Part shown: in pieces, positions 49,001-57,299 of the stretch
Position numbering within the stretch: position 1 is the first letter of the stretch
Layout: the number at the start of each line of letters is the position of its first letter
From: Lytechinus pictus
Lineage: Eukaryota
NCBI RefSeq assembly: GCF_037042905.1
Contig: NC_087245.1
Coordinates: forward strand, 3,102,001 to 3,166,000
Length of the DNA: 64,000 nucleotides
Reading direction: 5' to 3'
Made by a program: the position numbers and the translations under genes
Notes under the pieces: model-generated
Database searches by the model: none
What the model was told of the DNA's origin: nothing
What the model saw: only the letters and a program-made list of their open reading frames with translations

Positions 49001-52000
49001 TGCACGTTCCAAATATTCAAGAGGGCGCTGTTGGATGGGGCTGTACTTGCCGCCATCTTTATTGCAAAGATCATCAGCCAGTCTTGCAGCACATGCTCAC
49101 ATACACAGTACACATGTGTATGCTGTGCTGCTTTTAGCTACATCAGTGCTGGCCCAATTATCTGCTGACGTCACTTCACAGAGCAGGAGTCGGAGCCAAC
49201 CTGCTGGGAAAATTCAACCAGCAGCCGAAGCTCATAAGAACTGAGTGAGAATCAGAGTTTGGGCATTCAGAATATGGCATCTGCCTAAGCGTTGTTTTAT
49301 ATTCAGTTCATTTTTTGTTGGTGTCAATGGGCTGCTGGTGCCATCCGCAGTGCATACGTATGTCCAACATCACCCTCATAAATCCGGGGAATTTATACCT
49401 TTAACTTGTTGAAGACTGAGCCCATATACATATCCTCAGCATTCATCCGAACCACCATATCAGTCAATTTGGGTTAAAAAAAAAAAATCAATTTTGAGAT
49501 TTTTACAGAAAACGAAAGTACAAGTCCTACTCTATACAAAAACAAATTTCTAGGTAGTTATATATTTTAGTTTCTGAGATATGTGGTGATTTTCAGGGCG
49601 AATCCCATTGGAAACTTTACTTATTAAAAGTTAATACGCGGTCATCAAACCATAGTGTCTGCAATGCATTGACTTTGCATGAAAAGAGTGATAAAACATT
49701 TTGCTGATCGTGTGTATTGGAAATGCAATGAGGGTTGTCATATTTCCTATTGCGTTTTGTGAAGGGAGAATCTAAACCGCTCAAACTGCAATTACAAGCT
49801 TGTAGCTCTTTTGCGATATTTTCCTAATTCTTGGTTTTACCAATGTCAAGCAGTTGTCTTGTAATTTTCTTGCAATGAAAATCTTATAAGGCTGGGGTCA
49901 AAAGTGTGGAAATTACAGTAAAGTTTGAAGTCGATTTTCTCTGAAATCGGTTTGCAACATTGTACGTGATACATGGATTCAGATGACCGCTGACTATAAA
50001 AATTTGTAGCCTGGAGTCTATAAGAAATATTTGTTAAAAAATAACAAAATCAGACAGCCTCCAAAAGTTTTCAGAAGGTGGTTTCAGACCGCCTCGAAGT
50101 TCGTCAGTTCCAGGTATTTTTTGATCGGGAAATTTACCCGATCAGAAAATACCAGGTAATATTGGCAATGTGAACGCAAATTACGCGTAATATCCCCAAA
50201 AGAAAATACCCACGAAATAGTAGGTACTTGGCAAAATTACGAGAACTTTCGCGGGGATTTTCCAAGGTCGCAGGTATTTTGGCAATGTGAAAGCAATTTA
50301 CGGGAACTTTTAGCCCAGCGTGTGGTTGGGCGCGGGCGCCGTTGGTGGCTGCTGAGCTAGTGGTTTTGAATCTCGTGCCTTGCCTGCTTATCAGACCATA
50401 CTGCGCATGCTCTTAACTTCAGGAATAATATCCCGAAGGGTATATTTCGGAATAACCACCAATAGTCGTGATGCACTTTTAGCTTCCATAGTTAGATTTA
50501 TTTGTAAATTAATATTTTTTTTAGAAGTTGGCAAGCAGCTTAAAAGCTTAATAAGTGCAAATATTTTGTTTTAATGTATAGTTTGCATTCATTGAGCATT
50601 GAAATTGTGATCTCCAGATAAAGATTCATACTAGTTGAATGTAAAATCAAAAGTAGTGGTTGATTCAGACAAGAAGGTTGAAGAAAACCTTGAATTTAGA
50701 GATATTTGACATTTCCTCTTTTTATTCTAATTTTCATTTTGTGATATATTTTTTCAGGTTGATGTTGGATAGCAAAGTATCTTACAAATTCATTCATAGA
50801 GTGGGATCAAATACTGCTTCAAAAAGTAGTCACTGTACATGTATATTCAGAATGCTTCTCTCCTTGATCAGAAAACTGAAGTGTAAATATTCATCTTTTG
50901 AGCATAGTGATTTTGGGTTATGAATGATGAGATAGTTGGAAATGACAGCTTCTATCTTGTTTATTCTAGAATGCTTATTATGTCTTAGCTTACTTGTAAA
51001 GTCATATGCTTTCATCGGATGATGTAGGTAGTAAAGACTACCTTGTCAGTGGTTGAAATCAATTCTTTTTACCAAACCGTCTATTTTAAGCACAATATCT
51101 TAAGATTATTGTTAACACAGGAATATATGACAGTGGGAGGCATTATTATCTATGTTTCAGACCTCATATTAGTGTAAGGGAAATTGCTCGCAAGTTGGAT
51201 GTTTTGCACTAATGAATTTGGTCATGTTAATATTGAAATGAAACATTTAGATTTGTTGAATATTTATAGGACATATTAGCTTTGTTGAAATCATTTTGTG
51301 AAATTAGTATTTTATTTCATTTATATTTTATTTTGTTGCCAAAATAATTTCTTTAAATATTACATACTGGCACCGGTTTCTGATGATATACATACATTTA
51401 TCAACACTTGCTTTGATACATATTATGTATGTTTTAATTTATTCTTTTGTTTTGCAGATCTTGTCTGTGAACCTGGATTCTTCAAGCAATTAAATAACAA
51501 AGAAAGTATTGAAAAGTAAGTAAATTCCTTGCCAGGATAAATTGACAGAAACTATGTTTTTTTCACATTTGAGAAAATTTATCACATGGAAAACTCAGTA
51601 GATATATATTTCATGTAAGAAGAATGAGATCTCATAAATGGATTAACTTCTATATGGTTGTAGTGTTGCATATATTATATCAATATATTTATTGCAGAGT
51701 GTCGTATCCCAACTAAGAACAAGCTTGGTTATTAAATCTTCTTTCAATGCACTTTGTGAAAGTAGGGAAAGGATGAAAGAAAATTAATGTAATGATGCAC
51801 CTATCAGTGTAAGTCATGTTCACAAATCTACAGAATTCAGCATTTCAATTTGCCTATAGTGAAAAACAATTTTAACCCGATCTATGGGGGGGGGGGGGGG
51901 AGCTTGGCTCAGAGGTCCCCCTCATTTTTTGCAATATTTTCGGAACGCAAAAAGCTCTCGCAACGTTTCATGACCTACTCTAGTAGGTCCATGCTCAAAC

Positions 52001-54652
52001 TCATCTTGCTTGCGTGTATAAAGGACGTTCCACAGTTATGTTTGTGCGCATCATGATCTGCGCATATTTTACACTCTGCGCGCTGACGTCACAATGCATA
52101 AACAGGTGATTAATGAGCTGTAGGTATGAGCTGATTTTTCTCCTTATCTACACTAACTGTAGATATGATGTGCTATTTTATGAAGCTGATAAAGTGGAAT
52201 AATCCCATGGACCATTTTTTTTAAATTCCTCTACAATTTCAAAATACTTTACTCTGTAGTGCTGCAAAGTATGATGAATATGACCCTGAGTTTGAATTAA
52301 ATGGTGGAGTGGAGTGGTTTGGAACTTTTCCTCACTTAGATACCAAGCATTTGGCGCGTTCTGGGGTGTTTTAAAAAGCACATTTGCTCTAATAAAAGTG
52401 CTGATAGTTTGAAAACAAGCACACGAATCCATATTTTTTTATGTTTGCCCCTTTTACATTAGGTATACCTTCTTCTACGACTTTGTAAAGTTTGGTAAAA
52501 ATTACATGGGTTTTTAATAAAGTGCAGCATTTCTTGTACTTATCATGTTTGATATTAAAATTTCACATTTTGAGGTCGAGTTTTTGTTATCTTTGGCGCA
52601 ATTTCTAAGAACTGAGAGTGATGTTAGACTTGAGCAAACAATCAATAGCAATATAAATAGATTATCCATCTTCAAGTTACAGTTATTAATTATATTGTGA
52701 AATTTTCATGGATTTTGACTGAGTAATAGAGCTTTAAACTCATTGTTGTAATCTCATGAGGTCTAAAAATGCCAAATTATTTTGATTGCACAAATTCTTA
52801 AGAACATTCATTTGGGTGAATTTTGAAGCTCTATAGCAAATATCAAGCACATGGACCCAATTTAAATTTTGAGCTGTTTTAAGCCACCTCACAACTACTT
52901 TGGACACTGATAGTTTAAAAATAAGCAAATTGACCCCATATTTTTAATGTTTTAACGTCTTCAGAATATATTCCTCTACAAATGCGGAGAGTGTGAGGAA
53001 AATGACAGACATTTTAGACATTTTGGATGGTATTATCAGACTTTTGCATGTTTTCGGTGCATTTTAGGCGAATTTCAAGCCAACTCGTAACACTTTGGAC
53101 ACTGACTTTCGCATGTTTTCGGTGCATTTTAGGCAAATTTCAAGCCAACTCGTAACACTTTGGACACTGATAGTTTAAAAACGAGCACATGGACCCCATA
53201 TTTTCAACTTCCCTACACCTTTGCAATGCATTCCCCTACAATTTTGCCGAATTTTAGAAAATGACATGGATTTTGAATAAGTGCAGCTTAAACTATACTT
53301 TTTTAATTTTTGAGTAGATTCACGTCTTTTGGAAGTTTATGCACCATTCTTGTCAAATGAGGGTGCTGCTGACTCTAAATAGATATAGTTTTGCTAATTA
53401 AAAGATATCCTCCTACTTTGGTATCCACTTAGTTACATATCCTGAAAGTTTGATGCGATATCGACAGAGTAAAGATGATTTAAACTTATTTGATGAATTT
53501 GTGAGGTCGAAGAGATGCATAATTCTCTTGATTGTACAACATTTCATATCATTAAAATACGGCGACTTTGAAGTCCTGTAGAAAGAAATACGCACATGAA
53601 CCTATATTATTTTTAGCATTTTCATAATGTATAAATACCAAAGTAACTTTCTGCAAAATTTCGTGAAAATGACATGGACTTCATTTTAACTGTGGAACGT
53701 CCTTGAGTAAACTATTTCTGCCATGAGTATATCCAATTTGCGATTTGTAGAGGCGGAGCTGGACAGGATAGGTTAATGAATTTCACTTAGCATTGGATCA
53801 CGTGATGGTTTGGGTTCGTCATGCAGCTGGGGTAGAATAAGAACCTAGCTTAGTAGTCATATTGTCCTTCTGCATTGTGAAACTTTGAAGAATATTCTAA
53901 AAAAATGGGTACAAAACGTGGGTAAATTGGTTCAGAAGTGATCAGTATAATCTAGTCAGTACAGAATATATTCCCATAAATAATATATTCACAAATATAT
54001 ATTCCCATAACTATGGATGTATAAAATAATCTTGGCAGAGAGAGCTAAAGAGACATGTCAGTCCTGTATACATGGAATTCTTAATGAATAGAATTAATTA
54101 GGTATTCTATATACTACCTAAACAAAAATAACTTCTGTATAAAGATTTTTGTGAAAATTATAGCTTATAAAGTTATGTATGTGGACATGTACAAATGTAG
54201 TTAGATGAGTTTAAAAATAAGAACGACCTCGAAAGGTAAATTTTCAGAACCTCATGTACCAAGTGATATATATGATACCCAGAAACAGATACCTGTCCAC
54301 TTATTGGTGGTCAGAATCACACCCGTATGATCATCTTTAACCATATTTTGTTTATAAATAATTTTTTACAAAGTATATGAAAAATAAATCTTTTAGATTT
54401 ATTATTCATTATTTTCATTTTGTATTATTAAATTTCAGTATTACTTCATCAAAGTGTTCTGGTTCATCAGCTGTTGAGGAGATTTATGCTCCATCCATAG
54501 AGTCTACGATCCTATCAACTAGATGCTACACCCAGGCCCACCATCTCCTTTACAGCTGTGCTGGCAGTGGATTTAACCATAAGAGATTGTGTCCATGTAG
54601 GGACTATATTAAGGGCCAGGTGGCACTATGTCAGGAGTGCAGGGAATTATGA
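4564..54652 (+). CDS. MGAT5: MGAT5/GnT-V family N-acetylglucosaminyltransferase (GT18), 5'-partial spliced gene: join(4564-4643,6151-6240,7028-7102,12572-12736,22441-22610,24605-24742,28260-28393,30610-30737,31366-31536,32400-32546,34978-35169,35768-35867,51458-51515,54439-54652)
   Basis: All 14 exons are bounded by AG/GT, phases match at every junction, and the frame is open to TGA at 54650-54652. The translation carries recognisable GnT-V motifs: WMRDMWRSD-CY--YGVDG, GGPLGELVQWSD, DSFGTEP, PHTPDNSF, GLGFPYEGPAPLEA, LTSQHPY, WPPLS, CPCRDYIKGQVALC. It may be a pro-orthologue of both vertebrate MGAT5 and MGAT5B. Confidence 0.96.
4965..5579. repeat. 21-bp minisatellite, about 29 copies
   Basis: Units gatattatcagctcactc(g/a)tg and gatattgtcacctcact(c/t)(g/a)tg. 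Confidence 0.97.
6151..6240 (+). CDS. MGAT5: MGAT5 coding exon 2 (WMRDMWRSDTCYARYGVDGTDCSFRVYLSE)
   Basis: ttttcaacag / gtaaga; strong GnT-V similarity. Confidence 0.96.
7028..7102 (+). CDS. MGAT5: MGAT5 coding exon 3 (VENWCPRVKGREIDPPSIILRDYEK)
   Basis: gtcacag / gtgaga; VENWCP motif. Confidence 0.93.
8609..8791. repeat. ~180-bp imperfect palindrome (hairpin element)
   Basis: agtgggtagtcatg...aggtgaaaatgttgt...cgtacggg / cccgtacg...acaacattttcacct...catgactacccact. Confidence 0.8.
9519..9828. repeat. Two diverged tandem copies of a ~146-bp unit
   Basis: aagaacagagta...catcaaatgacaaagaaaaatt...gtcaaaaattgatgaactggaaga recurs at 9519 and 9665. Confidence 0.8.
10181..10640. mobile_element. 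PIF/Harbinger-like MITE
   Basis: TIRs ggccgttctcattacgctttctaaaactagttta / taaactagttttaggaacgtagtgagaacagcc; internal gaagatcgctt repeats; CpG-rich relative to the host DNA. Confidence 0.8.
12572..12736 (+). CDS. MGAT5: MGAT5 coding exon 4 (AKIRFEK...FRWIKMRISRMWD...RERKK)
   Basis: ctctacag / gtaatt; matches the FRWMRLRIRRM region; 165 nt, phase 0-0. Confidence 0.93.
14824..17382. mobile_element. Sola2-like non-autonomous DNA transposon (2.56 kb)
   Basis: TIR ggtcaattcca / tggaattgccc, identical 4-bp TSD taat (14820-14823, 17383-17386), and eight internal copies of gcgtaacggacatgac. Confidence 0.75.
18032..18697 (+). mobile_element. Sola1-like MITE (family S), full length
   Basis: ~29-bp TIRs cgtcggcggtcatccgaaccgtcgtatca / tgatacgacggttcagatgaacaccgacg; 4-bp TSD atat on both sides. 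Confidence 0.8.
21896..22076. mobile_element. Short degenerate MITE
   Basis: ggtgtttcataaagctgtt at left, aacagctttgatgaagcaacc at right; a related degenerate copy lies at ~48160-48413. Confidence 0.5.
22441..22610 (+). CDS. MGAT5: MGAT5 coding exon 5 (ILVHIGALTKESGFKIADNAFNGGPLGELVQWSD...)
   Basis: cttgcctcag / gtaagt; contains the GGPLGELVQWSD catalytic-glutamate motif. Confidence 0.97.
22629..22824 (+). mobile_element. 5'-truncated SINE with an L2-like tail
   Basis: Core tttgccactcttcacctaggtgtagtaaatg..tatccggtagga shared with the 59.4-kb copy; tail aagcgctatatataat...tattattatt. Confidence 0.7.
23364..23925 (+). mobile_element. Helentron-type element, family A, 5'-truncated copy (2 units)
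   Basis: Same 163-bp unit and the same 3' end atgcaggtgagactgccagaggcgctccacttgt as 2001-2983. Confidence 0.85.
24605..24742 (+). CDS. MGAT5: MGAT5 coding exon 6 (LLRRKGLTSKVSCPVKGKNQYDLVYIDIVGMKQLKKTIGAQWQQF)
   Basis: ttttccag / gtgagc; YIDIVG motif; phase 2-2. Not in the ORF track, translated by hand. Confidence 0.94.
25528..26252. mobile_element. TTAA-TSD MITE (Kolobok-like AGG...CCT ends) with an internal 139-bp tandem duplication
   Basis: ttga|agggatggtcc ... ggaccatccct|ttaa; long imperfect inverted arms; 25779-25917 is duplicated at 25918-26056. Confidence 0.8.
28260..28393 (+). CDS. MGAT5: MGAT5 coding exon 7 (CILRVIDSFGTEPAYN...WGNWNLVPRQFFTMF)
   Basis: ttttcag / gtaagt; DSFGTEP and WGxWNL motifs. 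Confidence 0.97.
30610..30737 (+). CDS. MGAT5: MGAT5 coding exon 8 (PHTPDNSFMGFVV...ALVYGKSASFWT)
   Basis: ttctttcag / gtgagt; HTPDNSF and LVYGK motifs. Confidence 0.96.
30865..31185. repeat. AT-rich simple repeat, (tttatttat)n-like
   Basis: Runs of ttttattta; source of the spurious F/Y/L/I ORFs. Confidence 0.9.
31366..31536 (+). CDS. MGAT5: MGAT5 coding exon 9 (EPWIRKYLDKIHKKFEIHGTVFLNQSTSTMKSVIPDYVVNHGIVSGSEIQNLLKETK)
   Basis: tcttgtag / gtttgt; IPxYVxNHGIxSG motif; 171 nt, phase 0-0; translated by hand. Confidence 0.94.
31833..32296. mobile_element. Possible degenerate MITE
   Basis: gagacctgccaacc at left versus ggttggtagctctg at right; no clean TSD. Confidence 0.35.
32400..32546 (+). 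CDS. MGAT5: MGAT5 coding exon 10 (LFIGLGFPYEGPAPLEAVANGC...GKPTARA)
   Basis: gctttacag / gtaagt; GLGFPYEGPAPLEA donor-binding motif. Confidence 0.97.
32664..33822. mobile_element. hAT/P-like non-autonomous element with an internal foldback
   Basis: caggcctctacaaaa ... ttttgtggcaccctg; flanking direct repeat tgaatag (32657-32663, 33823-33829); subterminal cttgccc repeats at both ends. Confidence 0.7.
33980..34170. repeat. (GAAA)n purine-rich microsatellite
   Basis: Directly visible. Confidence 0.95.
34978..35169 (+). CDS. MGAT5: MGAT5 coding exon 11 (LTSQHPYTEVYIGQPHVWTVD...FEFTCHGMLERVSSYIQKQ)
   Basis: gttgcag / gtgggt; 192 nt, phase 0-0. Confidence 0.97.
35768..35867 (+). CDS. MGAT5: MGAT5 coding exon 12 (EFCTGEKQWPPLSSLQVKVSEKGQSCRERCMED)
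   Basis: tttctag / gtgagt; WPPLS and GQSC motifs; ends in phase 1. Confidence 0.95.
36011..36830. mobile_element. Hairpin-ended non-autonomous element (possibly Crypton-like)
   Basis: Hairpin 36011-36197 with a GCGAAGC loop (36107-36113); perfect 13-bp IR ttatatccctctt (36199-36211) / aagagggatataa (36818-36830). Confidence 0.65.
37213..38937. mobile_element. PIF/Harbinger internal-deletion derivative
   Basis: TAA TSD (37210-37212, 38938-38940); TIR cccccatctcactag..ggcgatc; CpG-rich; + strand remnant MDVQ...RRKRRPKQYWVRSWL (37613-37750) resembles a Harbinger transposase N-terminus. Confidence 0.85.
38960..39533. mobile_element. Second hairpin-ended element, opposite orientation to 36011-36830
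   Basis: Hairpin 39344-39531 with a TTCG loop (39437-39440); short IR atagtaaat (38962-38970) / atttactat (39334-39342); gattgg...cacgtgac near the non-hairpin end. Confidence 0.65.
42081..42471. mobile_element. TTAA-flanked MITE
   Basis: ttaa|agctaaatgaacgtagttg ... caactggaatttatct|ttaa; imperfect TIRs. Confidence 0.6.
42543..44090 (+). mobile_element. Non-autonomous Helentron-type element, family B, with six ~145-163-bp tandem units
   Basis: 5' hairpin gtatcccccgaacagagtttggaggatac, (ccg)n microsatellite, units starting ttgtgag at 42615, 42769, 42926, 43089, 43234, 43380. The 3' end is degenerate, so that boundary is approximate. Confidence 0.75.
47516..48117. mobile_element. TTAA-TSD MITE (Kolobok-like), long inverted arms
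   Basis: ttaa|aggacaagtccacccca ... tggggtggacttgacct|ttaa; arms include aaaatcggatgtaaaataagaaagttatgacatt and its reverse complement. Confidence 0.88.
49434..49995 (-). mobile_element. Sola1-like MITE family S, reverse-orientation copy
   Basis: Reverse complement of 18032-18697 (e.g. aatctaaaccgctcaaac, tttgaagtcgattttctctgaaat, ttttagtttctgagatatg). Confidence 0.85.
50076..50460. mobile_element. Harbinger-like MITE (CpG-rich, internal caggtattt/ttggcaatgtgaa repeats)
   Basis: Left end aggtggtttcagac, eroded right end ...taaccacc; composition differs from the flanks. Confidence 0.5.
51458..51515 (+). CDS. MGAT5: MGAT5 coding exon 13 (DLVCEPGFFKQLNNKESIE)
   Basis: ttttgcag / gtaagt; matches LICEPSFFQHLN; phase 1-2 fits both neighbours. 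Confidence 0.93.
51876..53772. mobile_element. TTAA-flanked poly-G MITE (piggyBac-like ends) interrupted by a 1.7-kb element
   Basis: ttaa|cccgatctatggggg... and ...ggatagg|ttaa. Confidence 0.5.
52021..53704. mobile_element. Non-autonomous TIR element with internal tandem repeats
   Basis: Perfect 18-bp TIR aaggacgttccacagtta / taactgtggaacgtcctt; repeated tttggacactga(tagtttaaaa) units and a ~65-bp tandem duplication at 53040-53170. Confidence 0.8.
54439..54652 (+). CDS. MGAT5: MGAT5 terminal coding exon (...LLYSCAGSGFNHKRLCPCRDYIKGQVALCQECREL*)
   Basis: aatttcag acceptor; C-terminal CPCRDxIKGQVALC signature; TGA stop. Confidence 0.97.
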
Positions 54653-55266
54653 GATATATTGACTTTGAATACCCAACTTCAATCTAGGGTATATAGATTA
54701 GATGTTATGCTATAAGTCAAATTATATTTATCTTTTTAAACAACATATACTTGAGCTTTCCAATGGTTATTACTACGACTGAAATACTTTAGGAGTAGGA
54801 CTTGCTCTCAAAGAAGATAATGTTTCTCCATTTTTATAGTACTCACATGAGAATGAATCAAATTGATTTATCAGGCAAATAATGAAAAATTAAATATATA
54901 TTTGCATGACTTGTGACAAACACTTACAAATCAAGATTTTTTTTACCCAAGTGAGTGCAGAGTAGCATTCTCTAACCTTGTCTTAATGTTTGTACAAATT
55001 TGTTCCTTTGCGGGCATTTAATTTCTAAAAAAAGACTCCCACATATATTTGTATCAGGCATAGTATATTTCAAGTAAAAGAGCAGTGAACTGTCTTTCTG
55101 ATAAGGATATAAAATGATAACAATCAAACCTATCATCCTGGTTTGTTAAAGAATGACACCTCTATATCTCTACCTTTTGACTTTTTACGTATTATCACAT
55201 TTGCCAAACAATGTAGATTCATAAATTTTGAATTTGTAATGATTTATGTGTAAAGTTTGCGTAAGA

Positions 55267-55462
55267 CCTATACTAACCGCACATAAACTTTGTTAGCGCT
55301 AACAGTGCACTAACAGAGGCCCTGTTACAACCGGTAATGTGGCGGCGATGCCTAATGTTACAACAATGCATTGCTTAACATTGAAATAAATGTTTTGACA
55401 ATCCGAAAGATGTGACTTAGCGCTCTGTTAGGCTAACAACGTTTCTGTGAGGTCGGCACAGG
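55267..55462. mobile_element. MITE in the putative 3' UTR
   Basis: accgcacataaactttgttagcgctaacagtgcactaa versus ttagcgctctgttaggctaacaacgtttctgtgaggt. Confidence 0.65.
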
Positions 55463-55552
55463 TTGCCATAACCTTCCACAGACATTCTAAAGCTGATGAT
55501 ACCTTTGTTATGTTTTATTGATCATGCAGGATATGTATTTTTATATAATAAA
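55385..55552 (+). promoter_or_regulatory. Candidate MGAT5 polyadenylation signals (AATAAA at 55385-55390 and 55547-55552)
   Basis: First canonical hexamers I found after the stop codon; AT-rich context, so use is unproven. Confidence 0.3.
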
Positions 55553-55615
55553 GTCATCCAAAGTAATAATTCTTATAATGTAAAAAGGACATGATAATTT
55601 GAAAATGTCATTTTT

Positions 55616-55949
55616 GTCTCGCCTGCATAGCAGAGTGAGACTATTGGCGCCGCTTTTCCGATGGCGGTGGCGGCGAAGTTGTCAACATTGAAATCTTTAC
55701 CAAGGTTAAGTTTTTGAACTGGCATATTTTGGTTTGAGAGGTTTAGATTTTCCCTTTACAGAAACACCATGGGGAATAAAACAACCCTGACCATGATTTC
55801 AATGTGCACGATCAAGCAAAAATTTGTATCACTCTTTCACATGCGAAGTCAATGAATGCAGAAACAACGGTTCGGCTGACTGTTTCCAATGGGATTTGCA
55901 CATTTTATCAAAAATTTGTTTGGCATTGCCTTTAAAACCTCACATATCT
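55616..55949 (+). mobile_element. Chimeric fragment: 5' end of Helentron family A (55616-~55718) fused to an internal piece of Sola1-like family S (~55724-55949)
   Basis: gtctcgcctgcatagcagagtgagact...aaggttaagtttttgaa followed directly by ggtttgagaggtttagattttccc...aacaaccctgacc. Confidence 0.75.
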
Positions 55950-56671
55950 TTTTTTTATTCAAATTTCAAAAAGCTATATTCATGAAGCATGAAATTCAGA
56001 TTAATTTCTTTCAAATACTATTATAAAGGTTTTTTTGATGTCCTCAGTTATCACAGTCATTCTTTAAATATTTGACAGCCACAATTAAGGAAAGTGAATG
56101 TCAGGAAATTTGAGAAATATTCCTGATTCTTCAGTAAAATTCATTCTATGATTGTGTTGCACTTTCAAGTTATTTTATGTTTATGTATACTATCATTGTA
56201 TTTTTTTCAATTCAATTACATTTATCGATATTTGATTTTAATATTAATGAAAATTTAACTACCAAAGAAAGACTGAAACATTCTTGTTCGTAAATGTAGA
56301 ATGTTCATTCTATGACTATATGTTGGACTTGAAAATTGCAATATTTGTTTGATCATTGAGGTAATAGTATATTTTAATTATGGTATTCTAAAAATAGAAT
56401 TAAGAAGAATTGAGTCCGCTGCTATAGGTTGTATATTTCTGTATATTATCAGGTGTGTAAGTTTTGTGTGAACATGTCCATGAGACTAATAGAAATATTC
56501 ACATTGATTGCACCTACGTGTATATGCTTCATGTTTGTTCTTAGTCTGTAAATTTTGGTGATATTTTCATCTTTGGTGATATTTTTACTTCTAGTAGAAA
56601 TAATATATCTCATCATCACTACTGAGTGTATGATTTTCTTTAGCTTAAAGAATGTATATTATGCATTTTTT

Positions 56672-57299
56672 GTCTCACCTGCATAGCAGAGTTTTTTCTG
56701 ACGGCGTTGGCGGCGGCATCAACATCAAATCTTAAACCAATTTAGAAAGTGTATGTTCATGAAACTTGGCCATAAAGGTAATCAAGTATTACTGAATATC
56801 TTGCCTGAGTTTCAAGTCACATGACCAAGGTCAAAGGTCATTTAGAGTCAATGAACTTTGACCAAGTTGGGGGTATTGTTGAATTACCATAGTAACTTTG
56901 AAAGTTTATGGATCTGATTCATAAAACTTGGACATAAGAGTAATCAAGTAGCACTGAACATTTCAAGCGAGTTTCAGGTCACATGACCAAAGTCAAAGGT
57001 CATTTAAGGTCAATGAACTTTGGCCATTTTGGAGGTAATTTTTAGATTGCTGTCATTACTTTCAAAGTTTATAAATATAGTTTATAAAATGTGGATATAG
57101 GGGTAATCAAGTATCACCGACAAGTCTTAGGTCGCATGATCAAGATCAAATGTCATTTGTTGTCAATGAACGTAGTATTGTATCATTATATGAATTGTGT
57201 TTTTTGTGAATAATCATGTTATAGTAGTTTTCAAAGTCAGCACTGCTGCTATATTGATTCGCGTGATGCAGGTGAGACTGCCAGAGGCGCTCCACTTGT
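56672..57299 (+). mobile_element. Helentron-type element, family A (2 units)
   Basis: 5' tttttgtctcacctgcatagcagag, 163-bp units, 3' atgcaggtgagactgccagaggcgctccacttgt. Confidence 0.85.

Noticed and set aside
35868..51457. Nested gene or duplicated, mutually exclusive MGAT5 exons in the large intron
   Set aside because: No exon paralogues or coherent coding exons found on either strand; the ORFs map to repeats.
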